Source: Nymphaea colorata
Taxonomy: Eukaryota
Assembly: GCF_008831285.2 (NCBI RefSeq)
Contig: NC_045138.2
Coordinates: forward strand, 26,536,001-26,600,000
Length of the DNA stretch: 64,000 nucleotides
Direction of reading: 5' to 3'
The notes below the pieces were generated by a model. It saw only the letters and a program-made list of their open reading frames with translations, made no database searches and was not told the origin of the DNA. A program made the translations under genes and the position numbers. Positions 12,301-26,343 of this stretch are shown here, piece by piece. Numbering within the stretch: the first letter of the stretch is position 1; every line of letters begins with the position of its first letter.

Positions 12301-14635
12301 GTTGTATAGGGTTCATCGCATATTTCCTACCCTAGTTTTTTCATAGCTAATACTTTTGTCTCACACATAACCTTCTCAAACTGACCATTATGTCGATGCA
12401 TCTACTTGGCCATGCATCGGCTATGTCTTCAGTCCGACATTTATTTCAAGTGCATTTTATTGACATCTTGAACTTGATGGTAGGGATGTTGCCTCGTCAA
12501 TATCCATATGCAGTTCCCATGTCTCACGAGAGAAATTCCCCTTTTAATGTATGGGTTCATTGCATCTTTCCTACGTTAGTTTTTTCATAGAGAATACTTT
12601 TGTCTCAAACATAACCTCCTAAAACTAACCATTATGTCGATGCATCTAGCTGACAATGCATCGGCTATGTCCTCAGTCTGCCATTTACTTCAAGTGCATT
12701 TATTGAAATCTTGAACTTGATGGTAGGGATGTTGCCTCGTCAAAATCCATATGCAATTCCCATGTCTCACGGGACTGCTTCCCCTTTTGTTGTATGGGGT
12801 TCATCGCATCTTTCCTACGTTAGTTTTTTCATAGAGAATACTTTTGTCTTACACATAACCACCTAAAACTAACCATTATGCCGATGTATCTAGTTGACTA
12901 TGCATCGGCTATGTCCTCAGTCAGTCATTTATTTTATGTGCATTTTATTGACATTTTAAACTTGATGGTAGGAATGTTGCCTCATCAAGATCCATATGCA
13001 GTTCCCATGTCTCATAGGACTGATTCCCCTTTTGTAGTACGGGGTTCCTCGCATCTTTCCTACCCTAGTTTTTTCATAATCAATACTTTTACCTCACACA
13101 TAACCTCCTAAAACTGACCATAATGCCGATGCATCTAAATGACCATGCATCGGACATGTCTTCAATTAATCATTTACTTCCAGTGCATTTGATGGACTTT
13201 TTGAACTTGATGGTAGGAGCGTTGCACCATCAAGATCCATTTGCAATTCCCATGTCTCACGAGACTGCTTCCCCTCTTGTTGTGCGGGGTTCATGGCATC
13301 TTTCCTACCTAGTTTTTACATAGTCAATACTTTTGTCTCACACATAACCTCCTAAAACTGACCATTATGTTGATGCATCTAGTTGGTCATGCATCGACTA
13401 TGTCTTCAGTCAACCATTTATTTCAAGCGCAATTGATTGACTTTTTGAACTCAATGGTGGGAACGTTGCCTCATCAAGATCCATATGCAGTTCCCATATC
13501 TCACGGGACTGCTTCCCCTTTTGTTGTATGGGGTTCATTGCATCTTTCCTACCTTAGTTTTTCCATAGTGAATATTTTTGCCTCATACATAACTTCCTAA
13601 AACTGACCATTATGCCGATGCTTCTAGTTGACCATGCATCGGCTTTGTCTTCAATTAATCATTTATTTCTAAGGAATTTGTTTGACTTTTTGAACTTTAT
13701 GGTAGGGGTATTGTATCATCAAGATCCATTTGCAGTTCCCATGTCTCATGGGACTGCTTCCCTTCTTGTTGTAGAGGATTCATCGTATCTTTCCTACTTA
13801 GTTTTTTCATAGTCAATACTTTTGTCTCACACATAACCTTCTAAAACTGACATTTATTCCGAAGCATCTAGTTGGCCATGCATCGGCTATGTCTTCAATT
13901 AATCATTTATTTCAAGTGCATGTGATTGACATCTTTAACTTGATGGTAGGGACGTTGCCTCATCAAGATCCATATGCAGTTCCCATGTCTCACGGGACTG
14001 CTTCCCCTTTTGTTGTATGGGGTTCATCGCATCTTTCCTTCCCTAGTTTTTTCATAGTGAATATTTTTGTCTCACACATAACCTCCTAAAACTGACCATT
14101 ACGCTGATGCATCTAGTTGACCATGCATCGGCTTTGTCTTCAATTAATCATTTATTTCAAGTGCATGTGATTGACATGTTTAACTTGATGGTAGGGACGT
14201 TGCATCGTCAATATCCATATGCAGTTCTCATGTCTCACGGGACTGCTTCACCACTTGTTGTACGAGGTTCATCGTATCTTTCCAACCTTAGTTTTTTCAT
14301 AGTCAATACTTTTGCTTCACATATAACCTCCTAAAACTGACCATTATGCCGATGCATCTAGTTGGCCATGCATCGGCTATGTCTTCAGTCCGCCATTTAT
14401 TTCAAGTGCATGTGATTGACATTTTTAACTTGATGGCAGGGACGTTGCCTAATCAATATCCATATACAGTGTCCATGTCTCACGGGACTACTTCCCCTTT
14501 TGTTGTATAGGGTACATTGCATCTTGTCTACCTTAGTTTTTTTATAGTGAATACTTTTGTCTCACACATGACCTCTTAAAACTCACCATTATGACGATGC
14601 ATCTAGTTGACCATGCATCGGCTATGTCTTCAATT

Positions 14636-15005
14636 AATCATTTATTTTTAGTGCATTTGATTGACTTTTTGAACTTGATGGTAGGGACGTTGCATTATCA
14701 AGATCCATTTGTAGTTCTCATGTCTCACGAGACTGCTTCCTCTTTTTTTGTACGGGTTCATCGTATCTTTCCTACCTAGTTTATTCATAGTCAATACTTT
14801 TCTCTCACACATAGCCTCCTAATCATTTATTTTTAGTGCATTTGATTGACTTTTTGAACTTGATGGTAGGGACGTTGCATTATCAAGATCCATTTGTAGT
14901 TCTCATGTCTCACGAGACTGCTTCCTCTTTTTTTGTACGGGTTCATCGTATCTTTCCTACCTAGTTTATTCATAGTCAATACTTTTCTCTCACACATAGC
15001 CTCCT
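14636..15005. repeat. 185-bp apparently perfect local tandem duplication of a partial monomer
   Basis: 14636-14820 matches 14821-15005, including private variants TTTTTAGTGC, TTGCATTATC, TCTTTTTTTG, CACATAGCC. Confidence 0.9.
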
Positions 15006-18000
15006 AAAATGGACCATTATGCTAATGCATCTAGTTGGTCATGCATCGGCTATGTCTTCAGTCAGCCATTTATTTCAAGTGCATTTGATTGACTTTTTGA
15101 ACGGAATGGTGGGGACGTTGCCTCATCAAGATCCATATGCAGTTCCCAGGTCTCACAGGACTGCTTCTCCTCTGCTTGTATGGGTTTCATCGTACCATTT
15201 GCGCCCATAATGAGAAGATCACACATCATTAACAACTCATTTCTTGGGTGCACCTTAAGTTATAAGCATCGCTCTCTCGTACCAAGACGATGAGGCGAGA
15301 TGCACAAGATCGTCAATAATTATCCCAAACAATGTCTATGTCAGTTCATGTCTAAACGTCAAAAATGTGCTCGCAGATGCAACATCAGCTACTTCACCAT
15401 GAGAACCAAACAGCCATTTATTTCAATTGCACATAACTGACATTGTGAACATGAGGGCAGGGACTTTGCCTCATCAAGATCCATATGAAGTTCCCATGTC
15501 TCACAAGACTGCTTCCCCTCTTGATGTATAGGGTTCATCGCATCTTTCCTACCCTAGTTTTTTCATAGCTAATACTTTTGTCTCACACATAACATTCGAT
15601 GCATCTAGTTGGCCATGTATCGACTATGTCTTCAGTCCGCCATTTATTTCAAATGCATTTTATTGACATCTTGATCTTGATGGTAGGGATGTTGCCTCGT
15701 CAAAATCCATATGAAGTTCCCATGTCTCATGGGACAGATTCCCCTTTTGTTGTATGGGGTTCATCGCATCTTTCCTACCCTAGTTTTTTCATAAAGAATA
15801 CTTTTGTCTCACACATAACCTCATAAAACTGACCACTATGCCGATGCAACTAGTTGGCCATGCATCAGCTATGTCTTCAATCCGCCAATTATTTCAAGAG
15901 CATGTGTTTGACATCTTGAACTTGATGGTAGGAATGTTGCCTCGTCAATATCCATATACAGTTCCCATGTCTCACGGGACTGATTCCCCTTTTGTAGTAT
16001 GGGGTTCCTCGCATCTTTCCTACCCTAGTTTTTTCATAATCAATACTTTTATGTCACACATAACCTTCTAAAACTGACCATTATGCTGATGCATCTAGTT
16101 GGTCATACATCGGCTATGTCTTCAGTCAACCATTTATTTCAAGTGCAATTGATTGACTTTTTGAATTAGATGGTGGGGACGGTGCCTCATCAAGATCCAT
16201 ATGCAGTTCCCAGGTCTCACAGGACTGCTTTTCCTCTGGTTGTACGGGTTTCATGGTATCATTTGCACCCATAATGAGACAATCACACATCATTAACAAC
16301 TCATTTCTTGAGTGCTCCTTAAGTTATAAGTATCCCTCTCTCTTACCAAGACGATGAGGCGAGATGCACAAGATCGTCAATAATTATGCCAAACACAATT
16401 TACGTTTGTTCATGTCTAATCGTCAAAAATTTGCTCGCAGATGCAACACCCGCTACTTCACCATGAGAGCCAAACAACCATTTATTTCAATTGCACATAA
16501 CTAACATTTTAAACTTGATGGTAGGGACGTTGCCTCATCAAGATTCATATGCAGTTCCCATGTCTCACGGGACAGCTTCCCCTTTTGTTGTATTGGGTTC
16601 ATCGCATCTTTCCTGCCATAGTTTTTTCATAGTGAATACTTTTGTCTCACACATAACCTCTTAAAACTGACCATTACATAACCTCCTAAAACTGACCATT
16701 ACATAACCTCCTAAAACTGACCATTATGCCGATGCATCTAGTTGGTCATGCATCGGCTATTTCTTCAATTAATCAGTTATTTCTAGTGCATTTGATTGAC
16801 TTTTTGAACTTGATGGTAGAGACGTTGCCACATCAGGATCCATACGCAGTTCTCATGTCTCACGGGACTGCTTCCCCTCTTGTTGTACAGGGTTCATCGT
16901 ATCATTCCTACCCAGTTTTTTAATAGTTAATACTTTTGTCTTACACATGACCTCCTAAAACGGACCATTATGCTGATGCATTTAGTTAGACATGCATAGG
17001 CTATGTCTTCAGTCAGCCATTTATTTCAAGTGCATTTTATTGGCATTTTGAACTTGACGGCACGGACGTTGACTAATCAAGATCTATATGCAGTTCCCAT
17101 GTCTCACGAGACCACTTCCCCTTCTGTTGTACGGGGTTCATCGTATCATTTGTGCCCATAATGAGACAATCACACATCATTAACAACTCACTTCCTGAGT
17201 GTTCTTAAGTTGTAAGCTTCGCTCTCTCGTACCAAGACGATGAGGCCAGATGCACAGGATCGTCAATAATTATGCCAAACAAAGTCTATGTTTGTTCATG
17301 TACAATTGTCAAAAATGTGCTCGCAAATGCAACATCCGCTACTTCACCATGAGAACCAAACAACCATTTATTTAATTGCACACAACTGACATTTTGAACT
17401 TGAGGCAGGCACGTTGCCTCATCAAGATCCATATACAGCTCCCATATTCCACGGGACTGCTTTCCCTTTTGTTGTATAGGGTTCATCGCATCTTTCCTAC
17501 CATAGTTTTGTCATAGTCAATAGTTTTGTCTCACACATAACCTCCTAAAACTGACCATTATGCAGATGCATCTAGTTGGCCATGCATCGGCTACGTCTTC
17601 AGTCCGCCAATTATTTTAAGTGCATGTGATTGACATCATTAACTTGATGGCAGGGACGTTGCCTCGTCAATATCCATATGCAGTTCCCATGTCTCACGGG
17701 ACTGCTTTCCCTCTTGTTGTACGAGGTTCATCGTATCTTTCCTACCTTAGTTTTTTCAGAGTAAATACTTTTGTCTCACACATAACCTCCTAAAACTGAC
17801 CATTATGCCGATGCATCCAATTGGTCATGCATCGGCTATGTCCTCAATCAGCCGTTTATTTCATGTGCATTTTATTGACACTTTAAACTTGATGGTAGGG
17901 ATGTTGCCTCATCAAGATCCATATGCAGTTCCCATCTCTCACGGAACAGATTCACCTTTTGTAGTACGGGGTTCCTCGCGTCTTTCCTACCTTAGTTTTT

Positions 18001-21000
18001 TCATAGTGAATACTTTTGTCTCACACATAACCTCCTAAAACTGACCATAATGCCGATGCAACTACATGACCATGCATCGGATATGTCTTCAATTAATCAT
18101 TTATTTCTAGTGCATTTGATTCACTTTTGGAACTTGATGGTAGGAGCGTTGCATCATCAAGATCCATTTGCAATTCCCATGTCTCACGAGACTGCTTCCC
18201 CTCTTGTTGTACGGGGTTCATCGCATCTTTTATACCTAGTTTTTTCATAGTCAATACTTTTGTCTCACACATAACCTCCTAAAACTGACCATTACGCCGA
18301 TGCATCTAGTTGGCAATACAACGGCTATGTCTTCAGTCCGCCAATTATTTTAAGTGCATGTGATTGACATCATTAACTTGATGGCAGGGACGTTGTCTCG
18401 TCAATATCCATATGCAGTTCCCATGTCTCACGGGACTGTTTCCCCTCTTGTTGCACGAGGTTCATCGTATCTTTCCAACCATAATTTTTTCATAGTAAAT
18501 ACTTTTCTCACACATAACCACCTAAAACTGACCATTATACCAATGCATCTAGTTGGCCATGCATCGGCTATGTCTTCAATTAATCATTTATTTCTAGTGC
18601 ATTTGATTGACTTTTCGAACTTGATGGTAGGGGTGTTGCATCATCAAAATCCATTTGCAGTTCCCATGTCTCACGAGACTGCTTCAGCTCTTGTTGTACG
18701 GGGTTCATTGTATCTTTCCTACCTAGTTTTTTTCATAGTCAATACTTTTCTCTCACACATAGCCTCCTAAAATGGACCATTATGCTAATGCATCTAGTTG
18801 GTCATGCATCGGCTATGTCTTCAGTCAGCCATTTATTTCAAGTGCATTTGATTGACTTTTTGAACGGAATGGTGGGGACGTTGCCTCATCAAGATCCATA
18901 TGCAGTTCCCTGGTCTCACAGGACTGCTTCTCCTCTGCTTGTATGGGTTTCATCGTACCATTTGCGCCCATAATGAGAAGATCACACATCATTAACAACT
19001 CATTTCTTGGGTGCACCTTAAGTTATAAGCATCGCTCTCTCGTACCAAGACGATGAGGCGAGATGCACAAGATCGTCAATAATTATCCCAAACAATGTCT
19101 ATGTCAGTTCATGTCTAAACGTCAAAAATGTGCTCGCAGATGCAACATCAGCTACTTCACCATGAGAACCAAACAGCCATTTATTTCAATTGCACATAAC
19201 TGACATTGTGAACATGAGGGCAGGGACTTTGCCTCATCAAGATCCATATGAAGTTCCCATGTCTCACAAGACTGCTTCCCCTCTTGATGTATAGGGTTCA
19301 TCGCATCTTTCCTACCCTAGTTTTTTCATAGCTAATACTTTTGTCTCACACATAACATTCGATGCATCTAGTTGGCCATGTATCGACTATGTCTTCAGTC
19401 CGCCATTTATTTCAAATGCATTTTATTGACATCTTGATCTTGATGGTAGGGATGTTGCCTCGTCAAAATCCATATGAAGTTCCCATGTCTCATGGGACAG
19501 ATTCCCCTTTTGTTGTATGGGGTTCATCGCATCTTTCCTACCCTAGTTTTTTCATAAAGAATACTTTTGTCTCACACATAACCTCATAAAACTGACCACT
19601 ATGCCGATGCAACTAGTTGGCCATGCATCAGCTATGTCTTCAATCCGCCAATTATTTCAAGAGCATGTGTTTGACATCTTGAACTTGATGGTAGGAATGT
19701 TGCCTCGTCAATATCCATATACAGTTCCCATGTCTCACGGGACTGATTCCCCTTTTGTAGTATGGGGTTCCTCGCATCTTTCCTACCCTAGTTTTTTCAT
19801 AATCAATACTTTTATGTCACACATAACCTTCTAAAACTGACCATTATGCTGATGCATCTAGTTGGTCATACATCGGCTATGTCTTCAGTCAACCATTTAT
19901 TTCAAGTGCAATTGATTGACTTTTTGAATTAGATGGTGGGGACGGTGCCTCATCAAGATCCATATGCAGTTCCCAGGTCTCACAGGACTGCTTTTCCTCT
20001 GGTTGTACGGGTTTCATGGTATCATTTGCACCCATAATGAGACAATCACACATCATTAACAACTCATTTCTTGAGTGCTCCTTAAGTTATAAGTATCCCT
20101 CTCTCTTACCAAGACGATGAGGCGAGATGCACAAGATCGTCAATAATTATGCCAAACACAATTTACGTTTGTTCATGTCTAATCGTCAAAAATTTGCTCG
20201 CAGATGCAACACCCGCTACTTCACCATGAGAGCCAAACAACCATTTATTTCAATTGCACATAACTAACATTTTAAACTTGATGGTAGGGACGTTGCCTCA
20301 TCAAGATTCATATGCAGTTCCCATGTCTCACGGGACAGCTTCCCCTTTTGTTGTATTGGGTTCATCGCATCTTTCCTGCCATAGTTTTTTCATAGTGAAT
20401 ACTTTTGTCTCACACATAACCTCTTAAAACTGACCATTACATAACCTCCTAAAACTGACCATTACATAACCTCCTAAAACTGACCATTATGCCGATGCAT
20501 CTAGTTGGTCATGCATCGGCTATTTCTTCAATTAATCAGTTATTTCTAGTGCATTTGATTGACTTTTTGAACTTGATGGTAGAGACGTTGCCACATCAGG
20601 ATCCATACGCAGTTCTCATGTCTCACGGGACTGCTTCCCCTCTTGTTGTACAGGGTTCATCGTATCATTCCTACCCAGTTTTTTAATAGTTAATACTTTT
20701 GTCTTACACATGACCTCCTAAAACGGACCATTATGCTGATGCATTTAGTTAGACATGCATAGGCTATGTCTTCAGTCAGCCATTTATTTCAAGTGCATTT
20801 TATTGGCATTTTGAACTTGACGGCACGGACGTTGACTAATCAAGATCTATATGCAGTTCCCATGTCTCACGAGACCACTTCCCCTTCTGTTGTACGGGGT
20901 TCATCGTATCATTTGTGCCCATAATGAGACAATCACACATCATTAACAACTCACTTCCTGAGTGTTCTTAAGTTGTAAGCTTCGCTCTCTCGTACCAAGA

Positions 21001-24000
21001 CGATGAGGCCAGATGCACAGGATCGTCAATAATTATGCCAAACAAAGTCTATGTTTGTTCATGTACAATTGTCAAAAATGTGCTCGCAAATGCAACATCC
21101 GCTACTTCACCATGAGAACCAAACAACCATTTATTTAATTGCACACAACTGACATTTTGAACTTGAGGCAGGCACGTTGCCTCATCAAGATCCATATACA
21201 GCTCCCATATTCCACGGGACTGCTTTCCCTTTTGTTGTATAGGGTTCATCGCATCTTTCCTACCATAGTTTTGTCATAGTCAATAGTTTTGTCTCACACA
21301 TAACCTCCTAAAACTGACCATTATGCAGATGCATCTAGTTGGCCATGCATCGGCTACGTCTTCAGTCCGCCAATTATTTTAAGTGCATGTGATTGACATC
21401 ATTAACTTGATGGCAGGGACGTTGCCTCGTCAATATCCATATGCAGTTCCCATGTCTCACGGGACTGCTTTCCCTCTTGTTGTACGAGGTTCATCGTATC
21501 TTTCCTACCTTAGTTTTTTCAGAGTAAATACTTTTGTCTCACACATAACCTCCTAAAACTGACCATTATGCCGATGCATCCAATTGGTCATGCATCGGCT
21601 ATGTCCTCAATCAGCCGTTTATTTCATGTGCATTTTATTGACATTTTAAACTTGATGGTAGGGATGTTGCCTCATCAAGATCCATATGCAGTTCCCATCT
21701 CTCACGGAACAGATTCACCTTTTGTAGTACGGGGTTCCTCGCGTCTTTCCTACCTTAGTTTTTTCATAGTGAATACTTTTGTCTCACACATAACCTCCTA
21801 AAACTGACCATAATGCCGATGCAACTACATGACCATGCATCGGATATGTCTTCAATTAATCATTTATTTCTAGTGCATTTGATTCACTTTTGGAACTTGA
21901 TGGTAGGAGCGTTGCATCATCAAGATCCATTTGCAATTCCCATGTCTCACGAGACTGCTTCCCCTCTTGTTGTACGGGGTTCATCGCATCTTTTATACCT
22001 AGTTTTTTCATAGTCAATACTTTTGTCTCACACATAACCTCCTAAAACTGACCATTACGCCGATGCATCTAGTTGGCAATACAACGGCTATGTCTTCAGT
22101 CCGCCAATTATTTTAAGTGCATGTGATTGACATCATTAACTTGATGGCAGGGACGTTGTCTCGTCAATATCCATATGCAGTTCCCATGTCTCACGGGACT
22201 GTTTCCCCTCTTGTTGCACGAGGTTCATCGTATCTTTCCAACCATAATTTTTTCATAGTAAATACTTTTCTCACACATAACCACCTAAAACTGACCATTA
22301 TACCAATGCATCTAGTTGGCCATGCATCGGCTATGTCTTCAATTAATCATTTATTTCTAGTGCATTTGATTGACTTTTCGAACTTGATGGTAGGGGTGTT
22401 GCATCATCAAAATCCATTTGCAGTTCCCATGTCTCACGAGACTGCTTCAGCTCTTGTTGTACGGGGTTCATTGTATCTTTCCTACCTAGTTTTTTTCATA
22501 GTCAATACTTTTCTCTCACACATAGCCTCCTAAAATGGACCATTATGCTAATGCATCTAGTTGGTCATGCATCGGCTATGTCTTCAGTCAGCCATTTATT
22601 TCAAGTGCATTTGATTGACTTTTTGAACGGAATGGTGGGGACGTTGCCTCATCAAGATCCATATGCAGTTCCCTGGTCTCACAGGACTGCTTCTCCTCTG
22701 CTTGTATGGGTTTCATCGTACCATTTGCGCCCATAATGAGAAGATCACACATCATTAACAACTCATTTCTTGGGTGCACCTTAAGTTATAAGCATCGCTC
22801 TCTCGTACCAAGACGATGAGGCGAGATGCACAAGATCGTCAATAATTATCCCAAACAATGTCTATGTCAGTTCATGTCTAAACGTCAAAAATGTGCTCGC
22901 AGATGCAACATCAGCTACTTCACCATGAGAACCAAACAGCCATTTATTTCAATTGCACATAACTGACATTGTGAACATGAGGGCAGGGACTTTGCCTCAT
23001 CAAGATCCATATGAAGTTCCCATGTCTCACAAGACTGCTTCCCCTCTTGATGTATAGGGTTCATCGCATCTTTCCTACCCTAGTTTTTTCATAGCTAATA
23101 CTTTTGTCTCACACATAACATTCGATGCATCTAGTTGGCCATGTATCGACTATGTCTTCAGTCCGCCATTTATTTCAAATGCATTTTATTGACATCTTGA
23201 ACTTGATGGTAGGGATGTTGCCTCGTCAAAATCCATATGAAGTTCCCATGTCTCATGGGACAGATTCCCCTTTTGTTGTATGGGGTTCATCGCATCTTTC
23301 CTACCCTAGTTTTTTCATAAAGAATACTTTTGTCTCACACATAACCTCATAAAACTGACCACTATGCCGATGCAACTAGTTGGCCATGCATCAGCTATGT
23401 CTTCAATCCGCCAATTATTTCAAGAGCATGTGTTTGACATCTTGAACTTGATGGTAGGAATGTTGCCTCGTCAATATCCATATACAGTTCCCATGTCTCA
23501 CGGGACTGATTCCCCTTTTGTAGTATGGGGTTCCTCGCATCTTTCCTACCCTAGTTTTTTCATAATCAATACTTTTATGTCACACATAACCTTCTAAAAC
23601 TGACCATTATGCTGATGCATCTAGTTGGTCATACATCGGCTATGTCTTCAGTCAACCATTTATTTCAAGTGCAATTGATTGACTTTTTGAATTAGATGGT
23701 GGGGACGGTGCCTCATCAAGATCCATATGCAGTTCCCAGGTCTCACAGGACTGCTTTTCCTCTGGTTGTACGGGTTTCATGGTATCATTTGCACCCATAA
23801 TGAGACAATCACACATCATTAACAACTCATTTCTTGAGTGCTCCTTAAGTTATAAGTATCCCTCTCTCTTACCAAGACGATGAGGCGAGATGCACAAGAT
23901 CGTCAATAATTATGCCAAACACAATTTACGTTTGTTCATGTCTAATCGTCAAAAATTTGCTCGCAGATGCAACACCCGCTACTTCACCATGAGAGCCAAA

Positions 24001-26343
24001 CAACCATTTATTTCAATTGCACATAACTAACATTTTAAACTTGATGGTAGGGACGTTGCCTCATCAAGATTCATATGCAGTTCCCATGTCTCACGGGACA
24101 GCTTCCCCTTTTGTTGTATTGGGTTCATCGCATCTTTCCTGCCATAGTTTTTTCATAGTGAATACTTTTGTCTCACACATAACCTCTTAAAACTGACCAT
24201 TACATAACCTCCTAAAACTGACCATTACATAACCTCCTAAAACTGACCATTATGCCGATGCATCTAGTTGGTCATGCATCGGCTATTTCTTCAATTAATC
24301 AGTTATTTCTAGTGCATTTGATTGACTTTTTGAACTTGATGGTAGAGACGTTGCCACATCAGGATCCATACGCAGTTCTCATGTCTCACGGGACTGCTTC
24401 CCCTCTTGTTGTACAGGGTTCATCGTATCATTCCTACCCAGTTTTTTAATAGTTAATACTTTTGTCTTACACATGACCTCCTAAAACGGACCATTATGCT
24501 GATGCATTTAGTTAGACATGCATAGGCTATGTCTTCAGTCAGCCATTTATTTCAAGTGCATTTTATTGGCATTTTGAACTTGACGGCACGGACGTTGACT
24601 AATCAAGATCTATATGCAGTTCCCATGTCTCACGAGACCACTTCCCCTTCTGTTGTACGGGGTTCATCGTATCATTTGTGCCCATAATGAGACAATCACA
24701 CATCATTAACAACTCACTTCCTGAGTGTTCTTAAGTTGTAAGCTTCGCTCTCTCGTACCAAGACGATGAGGCCAGATGCACAGGATCGTCAATAATTATG
24801 CCAAACAAAGTCTATGTTTGTTCATGTACAATTGTCAAAAATGTGCTCGCAAATGCAACATCCGCTACTTCACCATGAGAACCAAACAACCATTTATTTA
24901 ATTGCACACAACTGACATTTTGAACTTGAGGCAGGCACGTTGCCTCATCAAGATCCATATACAGCTCCCATATTCCACGGGACTGCTTTCCCTTTTGTTG
25001 TATAGGGTTCATCGCATCTTTCCTACCATAGTTTTGTCATAGTCAATAGTTTTGTCTCACACATAACCTCCTAAAACTGACCATTATGCAGATGCATCTA
25101 GTTGGCCATGCATCGGCTACGTCTTCAGTCCGCCAATTATTTTAAGTGCATGTGATTGACATCATTAACTTGATGGCAGGGACGTTGCCTCGTCAATATC
25201 CATATGCAGTTCCCATGTCTCACGGGACTGCTTTCCCTCTTGTTGTACGAGGTTCATCGTATCTTTCCTACCTTAGTTTTTTCAGAGTAAATACTTTTGT
25301 CTCACACATAACCTCCTAAAACTGACCATTATGCCGATGCATCCAATTGGTCATGCATCGGCTATGTCCTCAATCAGCCGTTTATTTCATGTGCATTTTA
25401 TTGACATTTTAAACTTGATGGTAGGGATGTTGCCTCATCAAGATCCATATGCAGTTCCCATCTCTCACGGAACAGATTCACCTTTTGTAGTACGGGGTTC
25501 CTCGCGTCTTTCCTACCTTAGTTTTTTCATAGTGAATACTTTTGTCTCACACATAACCTCCTAAAACTGACCATAATGCCGATGCAACTACATGACCATG
25601 CATCGGATATGTCTTCAATTAATCATTTATTTCTAGTGCATTTGATTCACTTTTGGAACTTGATGGTAGGAGCGTTGCATCATCAAGATCCATTTGCAAT
25701 TCCCATGTCTCACGAGACTGCTTCCCCTCTTGTTGTACGGGGTTCATCGCATCTTTTATACCTAGTTTTTTCATAGTCAATACTTTTGTCTCACACATAA
25801 CCTCCTAAAACTGACCATTACGCCGATGCATCTAGTTGGCAATACAACGGCTATGTCTTCAGTCCGCCAATTATTTTAAGTGCATGTGATTGACATCATT
25901 AACTTGATGGCAGGGACGTTGTCTCGTCAATATCCATATGCAGTTCCCATGTCTCACGGGACTGTTTCCCCTCTTGTTGCACGAGGTTCATCGTATCTTT
26001 CCAACCATAATTTTTTCATAGTAAATACTTTTCTCACACATAACCACCTAAAACTGACCATTATACCAATGCATCTAGTTGGCCATGCATCGGCTATGTC
26101 TTCAATTAATCATTTATTTCTAGTGCATTTGATTGACTTTTCGAACTTGATGGTAGGGGTGTTGCATCATCAAAATCCATTTGCAGTTCCCATGTCTCAC
26201 GAGACTGCTTCAGCTCTTGTTGTACGGGGTTCATTGTATCTTTCCTACCTAGTTTTTTTCATAGTCAATACTTTTCTCTCACACATAGCCTCCTAAAATG
26301 GACCATTATGCTAATGCATCTAGTTGGTCATGCATCGGCTATG
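14975..26343. repeat. 3,763-bp higher-order repeat, three near-identical copies plus a short fourth start
   Basis: ORF track repeats at +3763 (15019/18782/22545; 16726/20489/24252; 18354/22117/25880). The fourth copy breaks off at ~26343 (GGCTATG|ACATTTT). Confidence 0.97.
16651..16725. repeat. 25-bp triplication inside the HOR (also 20414-20488 and 24177-24251)
   Basis: ACATAACCTC(C/T)TAAAACTGACCATT x3. Confidence 0.95.
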
